From assembly GCF_001194135.2 (NCBI RefSeq), contig NC_068993.1, positions 47,767,234 through 47,831,233 on the forward strand: a stretch of DNA of 64,000 nt, given 5' to 3'. A model generated the notes under the pieces. That model worked only from the letters and a program-made list of their open reading frames with translations. It did no database searches and was not told the DNA's origin. This DNA comes from Octopus bimaculoides (taxonomy: Eukaryota). Positions within the stretch are counted from its first letter, which is position 1. Each line of letters starts with the position of its first letter. This document shows, in pieces, positions 26,413-38,050 of the stretch. The translations under genes were made by a program, and so were the position numbers.

Positions 26413-27220
26413 GTGGACAATTATGGAGTGAATTTTAGGACTAAGAAATGTAATATGCTGCTATCCTTCCTTAATACCTGTTCCCATATGCTGTTCATAT
26501 CTGCACTCGGTCTGCTTAGGAAGTTGTTGTGTCCTAGCATATGTGCTTTTAGTTTTCGTATTTTACAGTGGGGTTATCTGTCTATTATTGTAACTTCATC
26601 CCAACGAGGAATGTGGTGTCCATTTTTCTAGACATGATTAGCTATATCCGATTTATCAATATCTCCCCGTGCCAGAGCTTTGCGATGTTCGTCTACCCTT
26701 ATTTCGAGGGGGCCGCATCTTTCGCCTTTGTATAACCTGCCACACCTGCAAATATCTCCTAGTAAAACCACCAGTAGAAGAGAATATGACTAAGAACTGC
26801 GTGTACTCCTTCCCATGAGGAGGAAACAAATACTGAATAAACCGAATAAGATTAATAATAACACAGAGTGCAATAGCTGCAACGTCTTATTCAGCCACCA
26901 AAATCTCCGAAAAATAAGACGATAATATTTCAACATTCTCTTGTCGCTGCCATATAATTATCGCAAATCACTGTTGTAAAGTGGAGTCCTTTTTAGTTAT
27001 TTACGCAAATGAAAATTTAACGGGATATCTCTGAGGGAATTTGGAGAAAAGTATAAAGTGGTAAAGCATAATTTTATGTTCAGAAAACATCACTGATTGT
27101 ATACTTGCTTCTGAGACTAGAGTGCTGCTTTTGTACACTGGAGTAAATTCATAATAATTTTATTTAGATATATCCTATCATATCCATCTTTATCTCTCTT
27201 CCTCTCTCCCCCCCCCCTCG

Positions 27221-27267
<47 letters not shown>

Positions 27268-27270
<3 letters not shown>

Positions 27271-27460
27271 GAGAATATACGAAAAAACAACAACAGACGA
27301 GGACAGGTGGTGTAAATAACAAAAGGATGTATTAGTATGACGCTCGGGAATACGGAAAGTCTTTGACGTTTCGAGCTACGCTCTTCAACAGAAAGAATAC
27401 GGAGACAAGGAGAAAAACACGGAGAAAAAAATTGAATAGTGTCCAGTCAACGGTCAAAAG
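27268..27460 (-). mobile_element. Penelope-type terminal repeat fragment
   Basis: Contains the hammerhead-like motif at 27360-27396. Positions 27421-27455 recur almost exactly at 58970-59006. Confidence 0.6.
27360..27396 (-). ncRNA. Minimal type-I hammerhead-like motif with intact stems
   Basis: Minus strand TCTTT-CTGTTGA-A-GAGC-GTA-GCTC-GAAAC-GTC-AAAGA. Stem I is 5/5 paired, stem II is 4/4 paired, stem III is the palindromic ACGU, and the site is GUC. The core is CUGUUGA instead of CUGAnGA. Confidence 0.65.
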
Positions 27461-28185
27461 CGGACCTTATCTCTTGGTTCCATTCTCATAATTCTTTCGC
27501 TAATCCAATAACAGCAACGCAAACTATGTAGCATTTAAAACGGTTTTTGTGCATTTACAGAGAATATCGAAATGTCTTATACAGGATCTTGTTTTTAGGA
27601 ATTCCCAATAAGTTATGAATACCCAAATTGCGAAATCGGTTATACAATAACATGAAATTAGTTAGCCGATAGTAAGAATTCAAATTATGTAGCACCGAAA
27701 AAGGCATTAATGCATTCCCAGAGTATACAGAACTTAGGAGGAAATACTAATAAGGTATGTATACTAAAATCGTGAAGCATGTTATGTAATAAGAGGCTAA
27801 TCAGATATGAGATAATAACAATTCAAAGTAAATGACTCTGAAAAGGGCGTGTGTGTGTTTCCAGAGAATATTACCCTCAGCGGCACTAGTGTTGGTATAT
27901 TTATGAATAAGTCACTAACCGAAATAAGTGGATCTATAGTTTAGGAAAATACTATTTACTTGTTTAAGGGCTGTACTGGATAAATTTCAGAAATATCTCT
28001 AACAGAAATAAGCATACTCAATTTCATTTTTACTAAATAATTTAGGAATATGATTGGACTATTTCACAAGGCTAAATAATTCTATGATAATATTTGAATT
28101 TAGTGATGTCAATTATTAACTTATCCACAAATCAATTTTCATCACTTCTTTGCTAATATGTAGCAAATGTGCCTGTGTGTGTATG

Positions 28186-28425
28186 TCATGTTACGTATTG
28201 CGTGCCTAGCTCCAATCTATTATTTATTTGTGGGTTTAATTTATAGATAATCAAAGATATCTTAATGCTTAAGTTACCGAGATTTCTATCATTGGCTTCA
28301 ATGGTAACTTTAATTTGTTTGTTGGTATTTCTACATTTATCAATGTGTTTTTTAAATGTGGATGCGCGTGTGTTGAGATGTTCCTTAATGCGAATATGCA
28401 AAGTTCGAGTTGTGCTGCCTATACC
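28186..28425 (-). pseudogene. Penelope-like GIY-YIG endonuclease remnant (second, different family)
   Basis: The ORF track reads GIGSTTRTLHIRIKEHLNTRASTFKKHIDKC...NLSIKISLIIYKLNPQINNRLEL, matching YIG.T.R.L..R+.EH...L.+.E.+.I....P.+N. Confidence 0.85.
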
Positions 28426-28504
28426 ATACATATATACATACATACATACATATATACATACATACATATATACATACATACATATATACATACATACATA
28501 CATA
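28426..28504. repeat. (TACA)n-type microsatellite interrupting the endonuclease remnant
   Basis: Seen directly. Confidence 0.9.
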
Positions 28505-28649
28505 CTGAGTCTTGTTAAGTCGTCGTTCGTAAATGTTTACCGCGTTTATTTTTCTGTAAGCCGTTGGTATTAACCTCATTGACCGATTTGCATTTCTCAA
28601 CAGTTTTCTGGTAGTGACGCCGAAAATAATACTAATGGTGTCTGAAGTG

Positions 28650-28803
28650 TTTTAGTGTTACTCTTGCAGTTGTAACATATAGAATATATGTATAGGTCCA
28701 CTTGTCAATACTACATGTTACGATAATTTTAGTGTTACACGCGTAGTTGTAACATATAGAATATATGTATATATTCATTAGACAATACTGCATGTTACGA
28801 TGA
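28650..28803. repeat. 77-bp diverged tandem duplication (2 units)
   Basis: TTTTAGTGTTAC...GTTGTAACATATAGAATATATGTATA...CAATACT.CATGTTACGAT at 28650 and 28727. Confidence 0.9.
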
Positions 28804-29281
28804 ATTTAAATACGTCTCCACCATTGTAAGGAGTTAAAAGGAAGTGGCTGAATAGCTGTTTGTACCATTCGTATGTATATAAATTTAATCGTGAATTTAT
28901 TACTACGGCTCGTGAATCATAAATATAGCATACTGTATTCAATGACGATCGTCAAACATGTCTAAAACTCAGGTAAGGACTCGTTCAATACAATACCAAA
29001 TGGAAAGTTCTGTTAGTATTGAAATTACACATCAACGAGTCATGAAAATGAGAAAATGATCGTCTGGACGGGGGCGCATGATATTCTCAAAAATGGAATC
29101 TGCCGTAAGATAAAAGAATAACAAAATTCCTGGTATGAAATTACACACGCTCAAAGATATATATTGTAGCCCACTGGAAAATTTAAACATCAAATGACTA
29201 ATTTCCCCATATCCTATAATATTTATCATCTTAACTCTTTTTCACTCATTCTTTGTTGGAAGGCAACTAAGTTGCCATTGA

Positions 29282-29330
<49 letters not shown>

Positions 29331-29889
29331 TCTGTGTGTGTGTGTTGTGTGTGTGTGTGTGAGTGTTATGTTTGAATACATTGGCGGCAACTCCATCTTT
29401 GAAGAAGGTCACTTGAGAAATGTCATCAATTGTACGATGTTGATATTGACTATCTGATNNNNNNNNNNNNNNNNNNNNNNNNNNNNNNNNNNNNNNNNNN
29501 NNNNNNNNNNNNNNNNNNNNNNNNNNNNNNNNNNNNNNNNNNNNNNNNNNNNNNNNNNNNNNNNNNNNNTATATATATATATATATATATATGCATACAC
29601 ACACACGTACACAAACACATACACATATGCATGCATACATATCCATATTTTTGTAGGTATGTTTATATGTATATTTGTATGTATTTCTCATAATACGGAA
29701 ATCGAAAATGATGTGTCCTTTGGCGGGTTTCAGCCAAGAAGCGCAATATATGTACGACTTACACTTTACAATTAAATGTAACATAAAATAGATTAACGCC
29801 ATTGAAAATATATGAGCATATATTTAATGAAACGTAGATACACATACAAAAAATGCATAGTGTGCTTGTTGTTGTTGTGGTGGTGGTAG

Positions 29890-29932
<43 letters not shown>

Positions 29933-31360
29933 TGTGTACTTATAGCAAAGTGTATGCGTACGTGTTTCTAGTAAGCTGGAAGTAGATTTGGAACTCAAGC
30001 AAAATTCTCTTCATTGTTATTTAGAATAAAAGTGATTTCAATTGTACTAACTAAACACATCACCCATGGGTTGAGACATCTGTGACTCATAGTGGAAATA
30101 TTGAACTAGATATCTAATGAAATTTATTCTTTCCTTTATATACATACACAATTTGTAACAATGTGCTTCAGCATATTTAGGTTTCATCTATGCCTTTATC
30201 AATAAATTGTATATATTTCACAAATACAAAATGTGTATAATTTTAATCAAATTTACCAAAGGGCTCGCTAGACAAGTAAATTAAAATAATATAGATTGAA
30301 ATATCAATCAAATAGCTTGTATTTAGCCTGTGGGCGATTTAGATTTGTATTATGTTTTAAATAACCATCCTGCTATCAGAAACATGCCTGTGTTTCCGGA
30401 ACAAATAAGGCATTGATTTTGATATCGTTCAATATATTTGTGATTATTATGTTTACTTATACTACTCCCCTATTAGACATTTCGTCGCTACTTTCTATTC
30501 CTTATGTTACTGCATGATGATTCTTTGTGTTCCGCGTGGAAAATAAATCGAATGAAGCTTGATTGCTTTTCTTGCCGTGTTGACGCTACGTGTTGGTGAC
30601 GTTGTAGCGTAGCAAGTGTTATCAACATTTCCATAACATCCTCAGATATCTAAGTGGAAAGTTGTCTGGAGAAACGTTGTATCAACGATTTGTGGACTGT
30701 CTCCACGCAGGCTTCAATGAGCATGCGTATCTCACGGTTACAAGTCATTTGCACAAGTTCATCGCTTGATTCTACCCATGAACATGAGTAGTAAGATGTA
30801 ATTTACGGATCGTTAGGAGCTAACGATCTCATATACAGACGTAGTATCGATAGATAACTCTGGTAGCAGCTGTTCAGAAAGCTTACCACCTATGCCTCCA
30901 TACTCTCGTGGAACATTTATTGGTTGTATTGCCTTCCTGGGCTACGGCCAGTCATACTATGCAACATATAACAAACGCTAACATTCAAGCAACGCTTTGT
31001 TTGAAGCTTTTTCAGACATACACACATACATACATACACACACGCATACATGCATGCATACATATATACATATAAACATACATACATACATGCATACATG
31101 CATACATGCATACATACATACATACATACATACATACATACATGCATACATACGTATAAGTGATATGCAGTTTTTACACGTTCACCTTAATGCTGTCAAA
31201 CAACTCACTCGGAGTATCGATGGAATAATTGGTTAATTTCTAACGTGGAAATACAATCTTTTTCAGTAGTGAGTGGATTATATTTTACCTCCTTTGTTGT
31301 ATATGCAAATGTATTGATGTATAAATGGTGAGATAGACAGAAAGGCAGACGAGCAAACAG

Positions 31361-31800
<440 letters not shown>

Positions 31801-33056
31801 CGATAGTTGTTTTAGAGGGAAAGAGTGAAGGCATATTAAACGGAGAGAAATATGATCATATGTAATATATTCCATCTTAGCAATAGCTCATTCGAAGTGA
31901 ATAGTGAAACGAGAAGCAAATGATAGTTTCTCTGCTAGCGTGTACTGCAGAAAATTGTCGGCTATCTCATATTAGAAGAAAACAAAAGCTGAACGACTAT
32001 TTACTGCAGAATACGTCGGTGAAAGTGAGTGAGGTAAAAAGTCCAGATCATAAGTGCATTCAATCAGGAAATGGCACACTTGGCTGGCTTCAATCCATTT
32101 TCTTTTCATAATTGTACATCGCTGACATCTTTGAGGTGGTAATGGTGGTAATTCTGTTGAAGAGGGTGGTTGTAGTGGAATGTAATGGAGGTGGGGGTAT
32201 ATATATATTGTGGTGATGGTGCTGTTGGTGTTGGCGTTCATGGAGAATGGTAGTTAATATGTGAGTGTCCGTTATTACTCCTTCTTTAGTTTTGCAAGCA
32301 ACCTGTCATATCATTTTCTTGGTATCTCCCAGTAATGTTAATAGAGAGATATAATGCACGTAGTTGTTCTTGAAGTCAAACGCATAAAATAAAACAACAG
32401 GAGTAAAAGCATCCACAAGCAAACACCAATGACAATAGCCACAAAATCAACAACAACAACAATCATGTTGGAAAGCTATGCCAAATATATGCAATCACGT
32501 ATATACACACACACGAGTGTGTGTTTGTGTGTGTGCTTGTGTGTATGTGTGAAGTAGCAGAGAAAAACACTAACATATGCAGCGTCTACAGATACTAAAG
32601 TTAACGACAATCAAATAACATCTGCAACACAAATGTACATTTAGAATCCAGCAATAAATAAATAAGTATAGAGTATAACAAAAGTATAACAAGTTTAAAG
32701 AAGAAGAACTGTAATTACTAGTCAATACACAGACTATTTAGTGTATCTACGCAGCATATCTACGTAGTATCTAAGTAGTGATACGGCCTGGTAAAAATTG
32801 CAGCTATATGAATTCCGAAATAGATTGGATAGCCACGGCTGGAATGATGGGATGTGCTTGCTCATATGGTTGCTGAAGTAAGAATATTATCTGGAGGATT
32901 TTGTCTACAACAACAATGACAATCATAATAGAATTTCGACATTCGCGGGATGAGAGGAGAAACAACTGAGAGAAAAATAATCAACAAAAAAAACACTGTT
33001 TGGCATCAAAAGTAGAAGTTTGAAGAAATTTGAAAGAAAGAGAGAAAGAAAGGAAA

Positions 33057-33167
33057 GAAGAAGAAGGAGAAGAAGAAGAAGAAGAAGAAGAAGAAGAAGA
33101 AGAAGAAGAAGAAGAAGAAGAAGAAGAAGAAGAAGAAGAAGAAGAAGAAGAAGAAGAAGAAGAAGAA
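33057..33167. repeat. Long (GAA)n tract
   Basis: About 37 units with one interruption. It produces the poly-R and poly-F ORFs. Confidence 0.95.
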
Positions 33168-33735
33168 TGACGACAATAACAAGAATAAGCTCAAGAGTAA
33201 AATAATCAACAACAAAAATGCGATGGACAGAGCGGCAAATAAAACACCAGAGTCAAAAGAGAACGATTGCCCCTTGAACAACAAGGAGGATAAAAACAAT
33301 TATCATCTTCGTCAAGAACAACAGCAACTCCAATAACAACAAGAAAACCAACAACGATGATTGCAACCGCAGTACGAAAAACCACCTCAATCAAGCGTCG
33401 TAATTATCAACGACATTGACTTGCCAATAATCTTGAACAATAATTAGAACAAACCCAAAACAACAACAACAACAACAACATCAAAATTAACATGAAAGAA
33501 AACTGCCACTAAGAAGAAGAAACGGTGACAGTAGCAACAACAACAAGGTATTCTAATATTCCAGAGTACCAATTATCTGAGAATATATTTCAAAGTAACC
33601 TGCAGAACGTTCGCCAAAAGATTCTTTAAAAAGAATAAAAGAAATATTAGATCGCATCTATACAAACACACATTTCGACACAGGCATGGAGCGTATCGGT
33701 ATACAGAAAGACACACGCATGCACAAACATACTTG

Positions 33736-33786
<51 letters not shown>

Positions 33787-36225
33787 CTATCTACAAAACT
33801 CTGTTGGTGCGTGTGTGGCTGTCTACGTGTGCTTGTATTCGTAACTGTACAGGAGTACACGCACGTGTGCACACACACATGATTACACATACATATACAC
33901 ACGCACACACATATATATGCATGCATATTATATGCAAATATGTATATCTGTATGTATGTATGTATGTATGCATATATGTATGTATGCATGTAAGCATGGG
34001 GAGAGAGCGAGAGAGAAACAATTATACATATATATAGACATTTAATGATACGTAAATATATTAGTTTCTGACTTGTACAGAATTTCAATGCATGATGCGT
34101 AAAATCACTGCTGCCGATGAGCAGAATTAATGTGTTTCTATGTATGGAAGTAATCTGGTTTTCATAGCAGAAAGAGCGAAAAAATGCATCACAACAGACT
34201 TAGCTCATCTTCGAAATCACAACACATGTTTTTCATTCTACGTTTTGTATATACACAATCTTGCAAGCCCTTGCATTTTGAAAGTGCACCGTTTTTTGTT
34301 TTTTTTTAGACAACCATTCATTTTTCATGAAAAGCAGTCGCTGTTGAAAATTAATCGCCATAATATTAATGAATTCATCCTTGCACCAGCGCAGTATGAT
34401 CTACGTATTGAAGCCTCCTGCTAGAAATGTACCCAAATAGACATAGTTTAACATCCAGCTGCCTTAAGAGACACTTTGTTAATTTGGCTACCAGACTGCC
34501 TGAGAGCGCCCTCATTCAATAATACATAATTCATATCTTGAAATGATCTAATTCAAACCGTACATTCAAATTTCATGTTAATCCACGTTCCAATCACCTG
34601 CTTACTAATTGTTACCTTACCTTTTACCAGCCTAATAAGGACAAAGTAATTTTATTAACTTCTACATACCTTTTCAAAGGTAAATGGAAAGGAAGAAGCT
34701 GTATTTCATTTATAGTAACAAATGAAATAAATATGGAGACATATTGTACAATAGTTACAGATATTGCTAGATATAAGAAGAAGATAATCACAAGGATACA
34801 ATACACAAAGTTTAGTAGAGCCGTGTATTCGATGCGAATGGAGAAAATTTCATTCGTTTTGTCGGTATTTTAGATCCAGTGCGAGTCATCATGATCTATA
34901 ACTCTTTTCTAATATACAAATGGCTAAAAGTTCTTCATGTTAGCCAACTTTTTCTCACCTATAACTTTAATCTTTATCCTTTCCAATGCCGTTCAGTATT
35001 CACCATTACAGGAGATTGTTCCAGAGAAATACAAGGGACATAAAAACCGTCTAATTTAGACCGAAAGCCTGTAAACATTTTAAAATTGGAGTCAACTGTG
35101 TATTCATGTTTCCTCTTACAAAGAATTCAATTGGTTGAACGAGACGTTCAAGCCAGCGACTTTAATAACTTCACAATAAAATGACAGCATTCTCATAATT
35201 TACCCACTACATCTTTAAATGCTGAGTTCTTGTACAAATGTTATCTTTAAAATAATTGCCTTAAATTAGAACTTATAAAAGTATACAATATACCCTCAAA
35301 ATTTATACATATATAAATATGTATAAACACGAATATTTGATGGTCTCGTGTCTTCTGTCGCTACAGAGACGCACACAGTACGAGATATCTGTATCGGAAT
35401 ACCAGTTGGACAGCCACGTAAGTCATGTGTCTCCATGCTACATATTCTCTTTAATATGTACTCTGATATAGATTCGTCTTATTACCTGTATTATAAACGA
35501 TGTTACTGGGAGTATGCCTTGTACGGAAGAGCTACTTCAAGTCATCGCAGAGTACCCTCTTAATAACTCACTTGTACAGAGAAGAAGTGTAGAAACACGT
35601 TAGGTATATTGGACGTATCACTTAAAAAACAAACGCCTGACAACTCAGCTAAAATTCTTTGCTGTGTCCTCTGAAGAATTACACGGACTTTAGAAGTATG
35701 AGTGTAGAATACTAAGCCATTTGCACAGTCGTAAAATTAAATGCTTATTTTCAAAATAGGTAGTGAACTTAATGTCATCGTCGGCTGTCTGTCGTAGGTC
35801 GACTTTGACTGTTCTGTTCAGAACTAACACTTTAGACTGTAAGTGAGGCAGCTGGCGTCATCTCCTCACCGACTACATCTCTGGGCCACCATGCCAGGTA
35901 CCAAGTGGGGGTGCAAAAGTGCAACGAGCATGGTCGACGACGAAAATGCCCTGCACGAGCTGATCACTTGCTAGATGACCGCAACCTTTGTCTGACGGTA
36001 CTGATCTACCACTTAACCACAAGTTGGCCTAAACTTCTCCACATTGATGGTAATCCCACATCTAGCAGCTAACGTCATCACCCTTTCATTGGTGGTACAG
36101 TAAGCTTGCAATTGGCCTATTTTCTGACAGAAGGGACTACATACTCTCCCTTTTACGGCCTAGCAGTGATATGTGTGGCGTATGCATTAAAGAGATGCAT
36201 ATATAAATACACACACACACATATA

Positions 36226-36275
<50 letters not shown>

Positions 36276-37064
36276 TNNNNNNNNNNNNNNNNNNNNNNNN
36301 NNNNNNNNNNNNNNNNNNNNNNNNNNNNNNNNNNNNNNNNNNNNNNNNNNNNNNNNNNNNNNNNNNNNNNNNNNNNNNNNNNNNNNNNNNNNNNNNNNNN
36401 NNNNNNNNNNNNNNNNNNNNNNNNNNNNNNNNNNNNNNNNNNNNNNNNNNNNNNNNNNNNNNNNNNNNNNNNNNNNNNNNNNNNNNNNNNNNNNNNNNNN
36501 NNNNNNNNNNNNNNNNNNNNNNNNNNNNNNNNNNNNNNNNNNNNNNNNNNNNNNNNNNNNNNNNNNNNNNNNNNNNNNNNNNNNNNNNNNNNNNNNNNNN
36601 NNNNNNNNNNNNNNNNNNNNNNNNNNNNNNNNNNNNNNNNNNNNNNNNNNNNNNNNNNNNNNNNNNNNNNNNNNNNNNNNNNNNNNNNNNNNNNNNNNNN
36701 NNNNNNNNNNNNNNNNNNNNNNNNNNNNNNNNNNNNNNNNNNNNNNNNNNNNNNNNNNNNNNNNNNNNNNNNNNNNNNNNNNNNNNNNNNNNNNNNNNNN
36801 NNNNNNNNNNNNNNNNNNNNNNNNNNNNNNNNNNNNNNNNNNNNNNNNNNNNNNNNNNNNNNNNNNNNNNNNNNNNNNNNNNNNNNNNNNNNNNNNNNNN
36901 NNNNNNNNNNNNNNNNNNNNNNNNNNNNNNNNNNNNNNNNNNNNNNNNNNNNNNNNNNNNNNNNNNNNNNNNNNNNNNNNNNNNNNNNNNNNNNNNNNNN
37001 NNNNNNNNNNNNNNNNNTATATATATGTATATATATGTATATACATATGAATAAGTGGAGTGAC

Positions 37065-37109
<45 letters not shown>

Positions 37110-37973
37110 TACGTATGCATATATGATTTTGAGTAAGCATATGCATCTTTGTGTGTTTGTGTGTGCGCGTGTGCGTGCAAACGTGCGTGCAGGCGTGTGA
37201 AGTGAATCACAGATACTCTTCCTGCGTACAATTAGTTTACAATGTAAGGTTTTAAGTCATGTGTGTTCACTTTGTCGAGCCATCGACCTACGATTCCACA
37301 GATAGCCTTCTTATATGCATACATACATACATAAATACGTACGTATGTATGTTTGTATGTATGTATATATATATATATATATATACGTACATACTTGCGC
37401 TTGTGTATGGATGTATGATGGTAAGTTTGTATACGAACAAACATTTCGCAACAATTTAGTTTAAATTTACATTACTGTCTGCGGAAGTGATGAAAACTTT
37501 ATCACACCTTTAGCAATTTTAGCTGGAAGAAATGAGCAGTAATTTAGTTTTAAACGAAATTGGAATTTTTCCTTTTCATTTGTCGCTTCGGGAAGCGAGA
37601 GTAATGTCCATAGTTTAGATAAGAACTAGGAAGTAAGTTGGATGGAAGAGATGAGGTCACGGGGAAGAAATACGTTGAATCTTGTGAAATTGACGGACGC
37701 TTAGGAATTAATGGAGGAACAAAGAGAAGACAAATAATAAACAACAAAATGGCCCATTGAGTTAGTGCTGATTTGCAAAATGATGTTGGGAAGATTGTTC
37801 GCCTGGGCATCGTCTTGCTAAAGTCTATCATAAAAGCAATACACGAGTACTGCACATACACATAAATACGTACATATTCATCAAGTTGGTCTTACAATGG
37901 AACGTTTCAAATACACAAACATACCACTTTAGATACATAGATTCGTACTTATACATACGTACATACAGATACA

Positions 37974-38050
<77 letters not shown>

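Larger units (their letters stand above)
26125..26817 (-). mobile_element. 5'-truncated, 5'-inverted Penelope-like element (GIY-YIG endonuclease remnant plus 3' terminal region)
   Basis: Minus strand 26750-26460 reads CRCGRLYKGERCGPLEIRVDEHRKALARGDIDKSDIANHV*KNGHHIPRWDEVTIIDR*PHCKIRKLKAHMLGHNNFLSRPSADMNSIWEQVLRK in one frame with two stops. Plus strand 26762-26815 reads VKPPVEENMTKNCVYSFP. Together they give the PLE pattern VYxxPCxC..Y.GE...L..R..EH. Confidence 0.85.

Noticed and set aside
29380-29458. SQVTFFKDGVAAN as an Ig-domain exon
   Set aside because: A short match cut off by a gap, with no convincing donor site.
35348-35563. ORF with LFNMYSD as an RTE reverse-transcriptase motif
   Set aside because: The preceding QG motif is absent. 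Too weak to call; kept only as an exon candidate.
37550-37861. 103-aa ORF with IAFMIDFSKT resembling the RT motif +DFSKAFD
   Set aside because: The similarity is limited to five residues and no other RT motifs follow.
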